From a virus, in IMG/VR virus record IMGVR_UViG_3300015371_000004, positions 51,950 to 115,949 of that record: a stretch of 64,000 bases of DNA; one strand, 5' to 3'. Position numbers and translations under genes: made by a program. Position 1 is the first letter of the stretch. Each line of letters begins with the position of its first letter. The notes under the pieces were generated by a model. The model was not told where the DNA came from, ran no database searches, and saw nothing but the letters and a program-made list of their open reading frames with translations. Positions 46,832-56,920 of this stretch are shown here, one piece after another.

Positions 46832-47167
46832 ATGACTGATTGGACCACCGTCATGCTCTGGCTCTTCATGGCGCAGCTCTTGATGCTCGGCGTCTGGGTC
46901 TACGTGGCCAAGACGATCGGGGCGCCTCCAGCCGCCTTCATTTTCATGCCCATTTCTCATGCCCTCAAGCTCCTCTGGGCATGGGGCCTCGTGATCTTGG
47001 CCGTCGTGCTGGCGCTGTTCGCCGGGAGCGCGCTGGTCGTCTGGCTGTCGAGCCTCGCCATGGCGCTGACCGGGCTTGCCCTCGTCACCCGGGCCACTCG
47101 GTCGTACGCCCACATGCTGATCGAGCGGGGCGCCGACAAGTTTCGGAAGCGGTATGGGCGAGCCTGA
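46832..47167 (+). CDS. membrane protein
   Basis: multiple hydrophobic segments; preceded by GGGGTAATAC. Confidence 0.6.
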   Translation: MTDWTTVMLWLFMAQLLMLGVWVYVAKTIGAPPAAFIFMPISHALKLLWAWGLVILAVVLALFAGSALVVWLSSLAMALTGLALVTRATRSYAHMLIERGADKFRKRYGRA

Positions 47168-47438
47168 GTTCACGCCGGATTGGGACAAGCGCGTGCCACC
47201 GCTCACGCCGCGGGATACGTGGGACAAGCAGCTTGGGGTCTACGTGGCCTTTGGAATTATGTTCTTTATGTTCTTTGCGGCTGTATTCACCATCGCTTAC
47301 GGCCTCGGTCGGCAGGCCGGGATTTGGCGCACGTGCCAGCAGCTGGGCTACTCGTTCGGGGAAGAGCGAGCTGGTGGGGTCATCGTCTGCTGGACCGACG
47401 AGCGGCATGAGTTCACGCCGGGGCCGGTGAAGAAGTGA
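47154..47438 (+). CDS. membrane protein
   Basis: one hydrophobic segment. Confidence 0.55.
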   Translation: MGEPEFTPDWDKRVPPLTPRDTWDKQLGVYVAFGIMFFMFFAAVFTIAYGLGRQAGIWRTCQQLGYSFGEERAGGVIVCWTDERHEFTPGPVKK

Positions 47439-47770
47439 TTCACAAGATCAACCCCGTGCAGAGCGGGCTGGCGAACTTCACGCCCGCGGAGAGGACCGAG
47501 TGGGCCTACATCGGCGGGCGGCTCTTCTTTCGCAACATGCCCCCGAAACTTGCGGCCCACAAGGGCGGCAATTCGATCGACAGCACCTCCCGGCTCTGGT
47601 ACCGGCCCTCGGGGGAAACCGCTGGCGGGATGCGCTGGGACGTGGACCCGACCCCGCCGCATCTGATGTGTGAGTGCGGCAGCGACACCTTCGTGCTGTC
47701 GTACGGCGACTACCAGCTGATTGCCACGTGCACGAACTGTCAGTACACCGAGAGCGTCTTCGATGGCTAA
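47435..47770 (+). CDS. Zn-ribbon hypothetical protein
   Basis: CECG...CTNC. Confidence 0.55.
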   Translation: MIHKINPVQSGLANFTPAERTEWAYIGGRLFFRNMPPKLAAHKGGNSIDSTSRLWYRPSGETAGGMRWDVDPTPPHLMCECGSDTFVLSYGDYQLIATCTNCQYTESVFDG

Positions 47771-49592
47771 GCCCATCTATCTTGGCCAGCATGCCTCGCT
47801 CGCGCTCGACAAGCTCCTGACGACGCGCCTCCTCGTACAGGCGATGTCCGGGGCGGGCAAGACGTACGCGCTCCGGCGGCTGCTCGAACAGAGTCACGGC
47901 GCCGTCCAGCATCTGGTCATCGACCCGGAGGGTGAGTTCCCCTCCCTCCGGAGTCGATTCGATTACGTCTTGGCGGCCAAGCGTGAGGGCGATACGCTGG
48001 CGGATCCACGGACGGCCAAGCTCCTCGCCGAGCGGCTCCTCGAACTAGGCGTCTCGGCGGTGCTCGACATCTACGAGCTGCAGCACCATCAGCGGATCGC
48101 GTTCGTGAAGACCTTCCTCGAAACGCTGGTCGATGCGCCCAAGCGGCTCTGGCATCCGGTGCTCGTGGTCCTCGATGAGGCGCATGTCTACGCGCCCGAG
48201 AAGACCGGCGCCGAGAGCCTGAGCGCGGTCATTGATCTGGCGACTCGGGGGCGGAAGCGCGGCTACTGCCTGATCGCGGCCACCCAGCGGCTCTCGAAGT
48301 TCCACAAGGACGTGGCGGCTGAACTCGGCAACAAAATGATCGGGCGGACGACGCTCGACGTGGATCTGAAGCGCGCAGCCGACGAGCTGGGGCTCATGAA
48401 GGAGGACTGGGCGGCGCTCCGCGACCTGAAGGACGGCGAGTTCTATGCCTTCGGGCCCGCGTTCAATCACGTGAGCGTGAAGACCATCACGGTCGGCGAC
48501 GTGCAGACGCATCACCCGAAGTCTGGGGCGCACGCCGCGGCCGTCGTGCCGCCGCCCTCCGACAAGGTCAAGGCCGTCTTGGCGAAGATTGCCGACCTGC
48601 CTGCCGAAGTCGAGCAGAAGGCGAAGACCGAGGCCGATCTCAAGAAGCAGATCGCCGAGCTGCAGCGGGAGAACCGGCAGTGGAAGACCGCGACGGTGGG
48701 TGGGGCGATCCATGGGGCGCCGAAGCCTGCGATCTCCGACACCACGCGCGGGCTCTTCAAGGCGGTCGTTCAGGCGACGGACAATGTGGCTGGCGTCATC
48801 GAGACGCTGGAGGCCGAGGCGCAGGCCGCGCTCAGGAAAGCGATGGCGCCGGTTGTGGTCAAGCTGCGCGCCCCGCTTGAGAATCTGCGTAAAGCGCAGC
48901 GCGGGATCTCAGTCCTGCTTGATGGGCAGAAGACGCTGGCGGCGGCCACCGCGATCAACGTAGAGATGCACAAGCTGGCAAAGATGGGGGAGCTGCCTCC
49001 GGGTCGGATCAAGGAGCTGCCAGCTTCGAAGCGCCGCGTGTTCGGCGGGTTCATTCGCGCGCCTCTGCCTGCCCCCGGAGAAGAGATGCTCACCGGCCCG
49101 GAGCAGCGGATTCTGAACGCGCTGGCCCAGCTCGACCAACTCGGCAACACCGAGCCGACCGAGACGGCCGTGGCCTTCCTCGCGCGCTACACGGTGAGCG
49201 GCGGTGGGTTCAACAATCCCAAGGGTCGCCTGCGCAGCCGGGGCTGCATCGAGTACCTGCCCGGCGGACGGCTCCGGCTGACCGAGCAGGGGAAGGCACG
49301 CGCCCACTGGCCGGACGTCCCGGTCACCAATGAGGACCTGCACGCGAACATCTTCAGCTTACTAGACGGACCGCAGACCAAGATCCTCAAGCCGCTCTTG
49401 GACATCTATCCCGGGGAGCTGTCTCTCGATGAGCTGGCCGAGCGGACCGGCTACAGTGTGGACGGCGGTGGGTTCAACAATCCCAAGGGCCGACTCCGAT
49501 CGCTCGGGCTGATCGAGTACCGGCCGCAACGCAAGGTCGTCGCGTCGGCGGCCTGCTTCGTTGAGGAGCCCGTTGAAGGACCCCATGTATAA
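47763..49592 (+). CDS. HerA/DUF87-like P-loop ATPase with coiled coil and tandem winged-helix-like tail
   Basis: AMSGAGKT, IDPEGEF, LDEAH, GRKRG, ATQR; duplicated GGGFNNPKGRLRS.G.IEY. Confidence 0.75.
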   Translation: MAKPIYLGQHASLALDKLLTTRLLVQAMSGAGKTYALRRLLEQSHGAVQHLVIDPEGEFPSLRSRFDYVLAAKREGDTLADPRTAKLLAERLLELGVSAVLDIYELQHHQRIAFVKTFLETLVDAPKRLWHPVLVVLDEAHVYAPEKTGAESLSAVIDLATRGRKRGYCLIAATQRLSKFHKDVAAELGNKMIGRTTLDVDLKRAADELGLMKEDWAALRDLKDGEFYAFGPAFNHVSVKTITVGDVQTHHPKSGAHAAAVVPPPSDKVKAVLAKIADLPAEVEQKAKTEADLKKQIAELQRENRQWKTATVGGAIHGAPKPAISDTTRGLFKAVVQATDNVAGVIETLEAEAQAALRKAMAPVVVKLRAPLENLRKAQRGISVLLDGQKTLAAATAINVEMHKLAKMGELPPGRIKELPASKRRVFGGFIRAPLPAPGEEMLTGPEQRILNALAQLDQLGNTEPTETAVAFLARYTVSGGGFNNPKGRLRSRGCIEYLPGGRLRLTEQGKARAHWPDVPVTNEDLHANIFSLLDGPQTKILKPLLDIYPGELSLDELAERTGYSVDGGGFNNPKGRLRSLGLIEYRPQRKVVASAACFVEEPVEGPHV

Positions 49593-50298
49593 CCGCACGC
49601 TCCACCCGGATGATCTGACGAGCGGCCCGCTCGTCCCGTACGTCGAACGGCTCGCCGCCTTCGAGAAGCGGCTTTCCTCGCTCGGGATTGCCTACCGGAA
49701 GGACCATGGCTACCGGGCGTGGGAGTACGCGACCCTGCTCCAGCTCTTGGAAGACCGAGCCGTCCCGAAGGATGCCGCCATCCTCGACACGGGCAGCGGC
49801 GCGTCCTACCTCCCGCTCTATCTGGTCGCCGAGGCGGGCTACACCAACGTCACGGTCACCGACTCGATGGCCTACGGCGACATCGAGCCGATGCTCGTCG
49901 AGCAGTGTCTGGGGCTCGGGATCCTCGTGCCGATGCGCCGGGTGTCGGTGGAGGGTCTGATCGAGGAGTTCGGTCCGGCAACCTTCGACGTCTCGATCTG
50001 CGTCTCGACCATCGAGCATGTGGCCAACGATCTCTACCCGGCGGCGATGCGCAGCCTGATCGAGGTGACGAAGCCGGGCGGGATCGTCTATCTCACGACG
50101 GACGTCTTCCCGGATTTCCAGTCCCACGCGGCCTCGCCCTTCAAGCAGATCCAGCACACGATCTTCACCCCGACCGGGCTGACCCGGCTGCCTGACGTCT
50201 ACCCGGTGGACTACATCGGGCCGGTCGACTTCACCTACCGGGGGAGCTTTGTCCACAACTACACGTTCGGGGCGATGGCGTTCACGAGGAGAGCGTGA
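49585..50298 (+). CDS. class I SAM-dependent methyltransferase
   Basis: RAWEY, ILDTGSGAS, FDVSICVSTIEHV, KPGG. Confidence 0.8.
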   Translation: MYNRTLHPDDLTSGPLVPYVERLAAFEKRLSSLGIAYRKDHGYRAWEYATLLQLLEDRAVPKDAAILDTGSGASYLPLYLVAEAGYTNVTVTDSMAYGDIEPMLVEQCLGLGILVPMRRVSVEGLIEEFGPATFDVSICVSTIEHVANDLYPAAMRSLIEVTKPGGIVYLTTDVFPDFQSHAASPFKQIQHTIFTPTGLTRLPDVYPVDYIGPVDFTYRGSFVHNYTFGAMAFTRRA

Positions 50299-51077
50299 GA
50301 GACGTCTCCATCTGCTTCGTGTACTTCAAGACGTTAGAGCTGCGGCATCTCGACGCGGCGTGGTTCAGCGTCTCGAAGCAGGACTTCTCGTACGTCAACA
50401 CGGTCTACTTTCTTGACAACAGCACGGACGATGACCTCTTCGCCATTCAGGAGGTCCTCAGCCGCTACCCGCTGCCGGTGCCACTTGTCTTCTGCTCGGA
50501 CAAGCATGGGCGGTCCGATCGGACGCAGTCATGGTCGGTCAATCGTGTCTGCCAGATGGCGGTCGGGCCGTGGATCTTTTTCACGAGGGCTGACTACATT
50601 CTCGACTTCGACGCGGTGACTCGCATGGCCGGGCGAGCGCGCGCGATGGAGGCCGCCGGTCAGAAGCCGTTCGTCTCGGGCTGGTGCTGGCAGATGGCCT
50701 ACGACCGGGAGGCCGCCAACCTGAACGCCTTCGTCGACATCGAGCAGTACGGCTGGCGGGAGAAGGGGATGGCGGCGCTCCTCCCCGGCCCTGATGGGAC
50801 GGGCGGGCATCCGTACGCCTTCCGTTTCCACGAGACCGACCGGGACGCGGGCGTCTGGATGACCCAGAAGACCTACATGGCGCAGGCGGGCTGGATGAAC
50901 GAGAAGATGGTGTCGTGGGGCTTCCAGCAGTCGGTGTGGCAGCGGGTGCTCCAGCGATCGGCGGGCGTCACGTGCCACGCGATCGAAGACTACCTCTTCG
51001 CCCATCAGCATCACTGGGCGCCGCGCGACTTCACGACGGCGCACGATGAGTACGGGCGGTTCGGCGGGAGCCAATGA
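50295..51077 (+). CDS. GT-A fold (GT2-like) glycosyltransferase
   Basis: LDNSTDD, FTRADYILD, MNEKMVSWG, HQHH. Confidence 0.6.
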   Translation: MRDVSICFVYFKTLELRHLDAAWFSVSKQDFSYVNTVYFLDNSTDDDLFAIQEVLSRYPLPVPLVFCSDKHGRSDRTQSWSVNRVCQMAVGPWIFFTRADYILDFDAVTRMAGRARAMEAAGQKPFVSGWCWQMAYDREAANLNAFVDIEQYGWREKGMAALLPGPDGTGGHPYAFRFHETDRDAGVWMTQKTYMAQAGWMNEKMVSWGFQQSVWQRVLQRSAGVTCHAIEDYLFAHQHHWAPRDFTTAHDEYGRFGGSQ

Positions 51078-51470
51078 ATCTGGGCGACTCCGGATGGGCC
51101 GTGCTTGACCTGCTGCTCTTCATGGTCTGGGCGAACGCGCGCGGGTGGTGGACGTGGAGGCGCCCGTGACCCTCTACTTCGGCTGTGGGATTCACGAGGC
51201 GGGCGACTCCTTGGAGACGAACTGCCCAATCTGTACGCGGGAGGCGCATGACCGGCACGTTCGGAGCGCAGGCACTACCTCCGAATTGCGCAAGGGTGAC
51301 TTGACGGTCGAGGCGTATCTGGATGGGAGTTTCGAGATCCAGCTGAAAGGGCATGGCAGGCTCCGTGTCTTTGGCTACGACGTGGAGGCGCAAGCCATGA
51401 ACCTCATCGACCTGCTGCAAGCGTACCTGCTGGTCCGGAAGACCAACCATTTCCGGGTGAAGGATGACCG

Positions 51471-51860
51471 ATGATGAACCTCATCGACTTGCGTGAACAC
51501 GTTGTCGACCCCTTCGAGCGCGGCAAGATCATCGAGTGGCTGGAGCGCGAAGGCTTCAAGGACTACAGTGGCCTCGGCTATTGGGAGAAGTGCTACTCGC
51601 TGAACTACAGCTACCCAGTGATGCGCGTCGGGATGCCCGAGGGGCAGCTCTGCGCGACGATCGCGTTGTCGGACGCCAGCACGACGGACGCCGTGCATCA
51701 GGATCGGCGCACCGTGTACCTTGGGGAGGCGTACACCGTGCCGGTCATCGCGGCCTTGTGGGCCGTGCTGAATCTCTTCGACTTCGATGAGAGCCGCAGT
51801 CACGCGTACTGGCGCGACTATCACGAGCGGCGGTATCCGATGCCCGCTAAGAAGGAGTGA
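51471..51860 (+). CDS. hypothetical protein
   Basis: coupled ORF. Confidence 0.55.
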   Translation: MMNLIDLREHVVDPFERGKIIEWLEREGFKDYSGLGYWEKCYSLNYSYPVMRVGMPEGQLCATIALSDASTTDAVHQDRRTVYLGEAYTVPVIAALWAVLNLFDFDESRSHAYWRDYHERRYPMPAKKE

Positions 51861-52479
51861 CCGATGCCCAATAACCCCCCGATCCCCTTCGGGTCTGCGC
51901 TGCCGATCAACGTCAAGGCGCCGATTCACCATGCGGCCAACGGCAGCTGCGTCTTCACGTGCAGCTGCGGCATGGGGCCGATGATGATCGGCAGCTACGA
52001 CTCGGCGGTCGTCTGCACGGGCTGCCACACGCTCTGGCAGATTCAGGAAGCGCACATGCGGCGGACGCCGGAGGGCGTCGAGGTGCTCGTCAAGCTCGGG
52101 CACACCCAAGCGCCAGCCACGAGGCCCATGTGAGCTACCAGCGCTGGACGACCGGCGACGCCTACGTGTACGGCTACGAGATCCAGTCGACAGGGGAGCG
52201 CGGGTTCGTCTGTTGCGCCTGCGAGCTGCAGACGGACATCACCCAGCCGAGCGGCTACCTGAACCACTTCACGACGTACCGCGGGATCATCGCGCATTTG
52301 GAGACCTACCACACCGACTCCGAGTACGCCTTGGAGACCCTCCGCGCCGAGGCTGAGGTGATGGGGCTCGATGGGGTCTACCCGTTGCGTGATGATCCAA
52401 ACTTCGACCGCCTCACCGAGATCGCCATCCGCCTCAATGCTGACCCGGCTCGCCAAGCCAAAGGCCGGGTGAACCCTAG

Positions 52480-52821
52480 ATGATTACCACGACGATTACA
52501 ATCAACAAGGAGACGTTTATGCCTGAAGGCGATCCGCAGCTGAGGATCACAGCGGCCCGCAAGGGCCCCGTCAAGAAGGGAAGCAAGGGCACGAAAAAGA
52601 AGGCCAAGGCCAAAGAGAAGACCTCGATCCCCATCGCGACCGTCGCCGGGCGGCTCCTGAACGGACGGGGGCTCGTCGAGGCCGAGCGCTGGCTCCGGAA
52701 CCTGACGCTCTATGACACGTCGGCGACCGACGAGGACCGGACCAACGCGCTGACCATCCTCGGGGCGATCGAAGGGATGCGGCGGCTGGCGGGGTCGGCG
52801 CTGACCCAGCGGGAGAAGTAA
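52480..52821 (+). CDS. hypothetical Lys-rich protein
   Basis: coupled ORF; AAGGAG before an internal ATG. Confidence 0.55.
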   Translation: MITTTITINKETFMPEGDPQLRITAARKGPVKKGSKGTKKKAKAKEKTSIPIATVAGRLLNGRGLVEAERWLRNLTLYDTSATDEDRTNALTILGAIEGMRRLAGSALTQREK

Positions 52822-53064
52822 GGGTGCCCGGGCCCGTCAGCGAGTCGAGTCGGGGGCCGTCTGACGACGCTCCCTACGTCCCTAACTGGTGCTACCCGAA
52901 GGGCCCGCGGATGTGCCCGTGCGGCCACCATGAGGGCTACCACGACGATCACGGCGCCTGCCTGCACGCGGCTCGCTGTGGGTGCGTGGGCATTCCAGTC
53001 GACTGCGTGACTCCGGACGATGAGATGGTAGACTGAGGCTTCCGAAGAGAGGCTCGTACGGCAG

Positions 53065-53107
53065 ACAGCCGAGGGTGGCCTGCCCCACTCTCGGCTGTTT
53101 TTGTTTT
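53065..53107 (+). terminator. rho-independent terminator
   Basis: ACAGCCGAGGGTGG / CCACTCTCGGCTGT stem followed by TTTTGTTTT. Confidence 0.8.
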
Positions 53108-53413
53108 CCCTACCGCGGATGAATCTTCGGCGCCGGAGGCGGCGTATGCGTCCCCGGAGGCGTCGTCGGCGGTGACGTCGGCGGCGTCGAGGGCGGCGGA
53201 CTCGGTGGCGAAGGCGGCGACGGGTTCGAAGGATTGGGCACGGTCAGCTCACTTTCTGGAGGCGCAGCTCCGCCTACCATCCTGCACGTTCGGTGCCTAC
53301 CTGAGCATCTTGGGTTTGTAGACCCGCCATTCATGTAGGCGGGTACGTCACCCGCCAACCTTGGCATCCACTGGAGGGCGCCACCCTCCTGACAACGGAC
53401 AGAAGGTTGGTAC

Positions 53414-55033
53414 ATGGGGAAGATCATCAGTCTGGCCAGCTCGGCCTATCAGATGAGCGAGCCGAGCGCCTGTGAAGTCCAAGGCTCCGGGTTGCCGCTC
53501 GGGCCGGTGCCACCGAAGAAAATCCACTGCATTCTCCCGTCGAGCCCGTGGCTCGCCGACTCGAAGACCAACATTCCTCTCGGCGTGCTCTACGTGGCGG
53601 GCCTGCTCCGGGCTCATGGCCACGAGGTCTGCGTCACCTCGATGCTCGACAAGCGCTACGAGGGGAACATCCACCTGCCCGAGGAGGTCATGGACGCCGA
53701 CGTCCATATGTTCGGGTTCTGTACGCCGCAGTTTGGGGAGGCGCTTGAGCTGGCGGCCTACATCAAGGACCGGGTTCCGAACGCCCTCCTTGTGGCGGGT
53801 GGGCCCCATCCGAGCTACGAACCGGCCGAGGTGAAGGCCGCCGTCCGGCAGGAGAGCTACCACACCAAGGGCCCGCTCCGGGCCCGGCGCGACTACGGCA
53901 AAGGGATTGACACCCGGCCACTCTTTGACACCGTCATTGTCATGGAAGGTGAGCGCGCGGTGCTCCAGATGCTGTCCGACTGGTATCAGGGCGTGCTCCA
54001 GCCCTTCTACTACGGGGACAAGCAGGACGCCATGGATCTGGACGCGATCCCGTTCCCGGCGTGGGACCTGCTCCCCGATGATCACATCTTCAACGACGGC
54101 GTCGCGGTCATGAAGAAGCGCTACATGGAGTCGCCGGTCCGCCCGGGCACGTGGCCGGTGATGTCGATGATCGGGACCCGCGGCTGCCCCTACAAATGCA
54201 CGTACTGCTCGACGCCGTGGATCGGGCAGAAGCCGCGGTACCGCTCGCCCGCCAATCAGATCGCCGAGCTGCAGGCGATCTTCGATCAGGGCGTCCGGCA
54301 GATCAAATGGCAGGACGACACCTACACGCTCCACCGGACCAAGCTCCGGGAGCTGGCCGAGGCGATCGATCAGGCGTTCGGGCGGGAGACGTTCGCCAGC
54401 CGCGTGCACACCCGGGTCAACACCATGGACGACCACGTCGCCGAGTCGCTCACGATGATGAGCTGCAAGGTCACCTGCTTCGGCATCGAGTCGGGGTCTC
54501 AGCAGGTGCTCGACGCCAACCAGAAGGGCACCAAGGTCGCCCAGAACACGGCCGCGCTCATCAAGGCCAAGGAGCACGGGTTCTCGACGGTGGCGTTTCT
54601 GGTGGCCGGGCTGGCAGGCGAGACCATGGAGACGGCCAAGGAGACGCTCGGCTGGCTGGAGAAGGTCCGGCCGTCCCTCGACTACTGCAATCTGGCGGTC
54701 GGGATCCCCTACCCCGGCTCCCGGTTCTGGACCCATCCGAGGGAGTCAGGGATCGAGATCGTCGACTACAACTACGACAACACATGGATTGTCGGGTTCA
54801 ATGCGCGCGACGAGATTCTGGTCCGGCCCGACGGCTGCACCATCGACGAGATGTTCCGGATCAAGGAGATGATGTTCAAGGGGCTCTGCGATCTCGGATT
54901 TGCGAAGGCGGAGTGGGACGAGGACGTCCGCATCCGTCGGCAGCAGGAGGCCGCGGCCAGCGCAGGCGTGCTTGCGAAAGCGGCCGAAGAAGGTGGGACT
55001 GCGGCCGGGAGCCTGAGCTACGCCGGGCACTGA
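53414..55033 (+). CDS. B12-binding radical SAM protein (class B methyltransferase-like)
   Basis: PLGVLYVAG, VAGGPHPS, TRGCPYKCTYC, FGIESGSQ, GLAGET. Confidence 0.9.
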   Translation: MGKIISLASSAYQMSEPSACEVQGSGLPLGPVPPKKIHCILPSSPWLADSKTNIPLGVLYVAGLLRAHGHEVCVTSMLDKRYEGNIHLPEEVMDADVHMFGFCTPQFGEALELAAYIKDRVPNALLVAGGPHPSYEPAEVKAAVRQESYHTKGPLRARRDYGKGIDTRPLFDTVIVMEGERAVLQMLSDWYQGVLQPFYYGDKQDAMDLDAIPFPAWDLLPDDHIFNDGVAVMKKRYMESPVRPGTWPVMSMIGTRGCPYKCTYCSTPWIGQKPRYRSPANQIAELQAIFDQGVRQIKWQDDTYTLHRTKLRELAEAIDQAFGRETFASRVHTRVNTMDDHVAESLTMMSCKVTCFGIESGSQQVLDANQKGTKVAQNTAALIKAKEHGFSTVAFLVAGLAGETMETAKETLGWLEKVRPSLDYCNLAVGIPYPGSRFWTHPRESGIEIVDYNYDNTWIVGFNARDEILVRPDGCTIDEMFRIKEMMFKGLCDLGFAKAEWDEDVRIRRQQEAAASAGVLAKAAEEGGTAAGSLSYAGH

Positions 55034-55340
55034 ACGGGGGTATAACCGAATCGTGAGCCAAGCCATCCAGTCGTCGTTTGTCTGCACCAAGCCGGGCCGG
55101 TACGTCGTCAAGGCGACGCGGACGGACACGACGGACCTGCTCAGCGTCTACGTCGATCGGGTCAAGAAGCTCTGGACCGACGACCCAGTCAACCAGCAGG
55201 TGACCGGGACGCTCAAGCTCAGCACCCATGACGTGGTCGAATCGACCGGCACGCTCACCATCGAGCGCATCGTGGACGAACTCGCCGAGTGAATCTGCTA
55301 CAGTAGAGCACCGAATTTCCCCTTGAAGGAGGGATCCACC

Positions 55341-55667
55341 ATGCCGCTCGCGCTAGCCTGCTCGAATGAAGAGAAAATCAAAGTCACCGCCAGCCCCACG
55401 ACCCCCGGTGGCAATCCGGCAACCCTCGACGGCGGCCTACAGGCGGAGGTGATCTCCGGCGACGGCACGGTCGAGCCCGATCCGTCTGACCCGAACTCGT
55501 TTTTCGCGGTGAGCGGTGTCGCGCTTGGCATCACTGAGTTTCGGGTCCATGGTGACGCGGACCTCGGCAGCGGCGTCGTGGAAATTCAGGACATCGTGAC
55601 GCTGACGGTCGGCGGTGCCATGGCGGCCAACTTTGGCCTGACGGCCTCGGCGCCGATCCCGAAGTAG
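55341..55667 (+). CDS. small beta-rich (Ig-like) protein
   Basis: GGAGG RBS; beta-strand pattern, DADLG. Confidence 0.55.
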   Translation: MPLALACSNEEKIKVTASPTTPGGNPATLDGGLQAEVISGDGTVEPDPSDPNSFFAVSGVALGITEFRVHGDADLGSGVVEIQDIVTLTVGGAMAANFGLTASAPIPK

Positions 55668-55674
55668 GGACATC

Positions 55675-56031
55675 ATGAGCAAAGTCGACGAGGCCATCGC
55701 CGAGATCGATCAGGCGCTGGCCGACATGGCCCCCGCGCATGAAGGGCTGAACGACTACAGCGCCTTGGACATCAAGCCGGAGACCAAGGCACAGGTCGAC
55801 GCGGCCATTGCGCTCTACGACACGCGGAAAACCAAGCTCGAAGCGGCGCGCGAGGGTCTCGTGAGTCTGGTCGGGAACGGGTACCCGGTCTTGGAGATCC
55901 CGGACGTGAGCGCTTCGGTCTTGGCCGACCTCCAAGAGAACGCGGCGACCATCGAGGCGGCGCTGGCGAAGTTCTCCTCGAACGCGCCGACATCCCTCGG
56001 ACTATCGGGAGCACCGCCGGTCCCGAAGTAG
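55675..56031 (+). CDS. hypothetical helical protein
   Basis: ORF; C-terminus (LGLSGAPPVPK) resembles that of the upstream gene (FGLTASAPIPK). Confidence 0.6.
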   Translation: MSKVDEAIAEIDQALADMAPAHEGLNDYSALDIKPETKAQVDAAIALYDTRKTKLEAAREGLVSLVGNGYPVLEIPDVSASVLADLQENAATIEAALAKFSSNAPTSLGLSGAPPVPK

Positions 56032-56358
56032 GTTCCCGTGGCTGTCGTCGTCATCGCCCCGTGCGGCTGCTCGTTGATCAAGGTCAAGGCCGGGCTGTGT
56101 GACAGTTATGGCCCGGCCGACGTCCCGGCCCTCGAACGGGGGGAATTCCCGCCCAGCCGGGACGAGCTGCCGACGGCCCCGATGTCGACCCTCCGTGAGC
56201 TGCTCCGCTGCCCGGCCTGCCGCCAGCACTTCGACGAACAGATCTGTCTGGCGGCCGATGACCTCTCCATGGTCCTGTCCGAGGACCAGATCGCCGCCGC
56301 CAAGCACCTGCTCCAGAAGCACCACGCCAAGCACGGCTGACCGGGGTATAACCCCGGT

Positions 56359-56910
56359 ATGGATGACCTTCGGCTCTTGGTAATGACGGAGGCCCGGTTC
56401 CGGGAAATCTGGAACGGGAGCGTCACAGATGGCGAGGACGGGAGCTGCAAGCTCGTCGAGCTATTCGCAGAAGTCCGCGCGCAGGCAACCCGCGTCCGTG
56501 AGCTGGAGCAGGCGAAGACCAAGGTCTACCTCGTCTGGTCGGGGCGGTACTCCGACAAGAAAGTTGTGGCCGCCGCGTCAACTCCCGGGTACGCCCAGAA
56601 GCTGATCGAGACGTTCGGGGACGGGCTGGACCAGCCGCGGATCGAGCCACGCGGCCTTGACCAGTACGTCGATGAAGTCGCGGCTGGACTTCGGCCGTAC
56701 GACGTGGTGATGCGCGGCGAGGAAACCACTGCCAAACTCAGTGAGTACCCGGAGACCGTTGGGAAGCCTGTCTATAAGATCGTGTACGCCAACCTCAACC
56801 TTCCAACTGCATACGTAGTGACGGTTTGGGCCACCGACGACGCGCACGCGATCAAAATTGCCTCCGACAAGATCGCCGCATTCAAGGCCGCCGATGCACC
56901 TGTGTCCTGA
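56359..56910 (+). CDS. hypothetical protein
   Basis: ATG 6 nt after GGGGTATAAC; KVYLVWSGRYSD motif. Confidence 0.6.
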   Translation: MDDLRLLVMTEARFREIWNGSVTDGEDGSCKLVELFAEVRAQATRVRELEQAKTKVYLVWSGRYSDKKVVAAASTPGYAQKLIETFGDGLDQPRIEPRGLDQYVDEVAAGLRPYDVVMRGEETTAKLSEYPETVGKPVYKIVYANLNLPTAYVVTVWATDDAHAIKIASDKIAAFKAADAPVS

Positions 56911-56920
56911 GGAGATCGCG

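Noticed and set aside
37433-54736. Long minus-strand ORFs (e.g. 44408-45673, 53348-54736)
   Set aside because: Antisense shadows of PolA, radical SAM and other plus-strand genes
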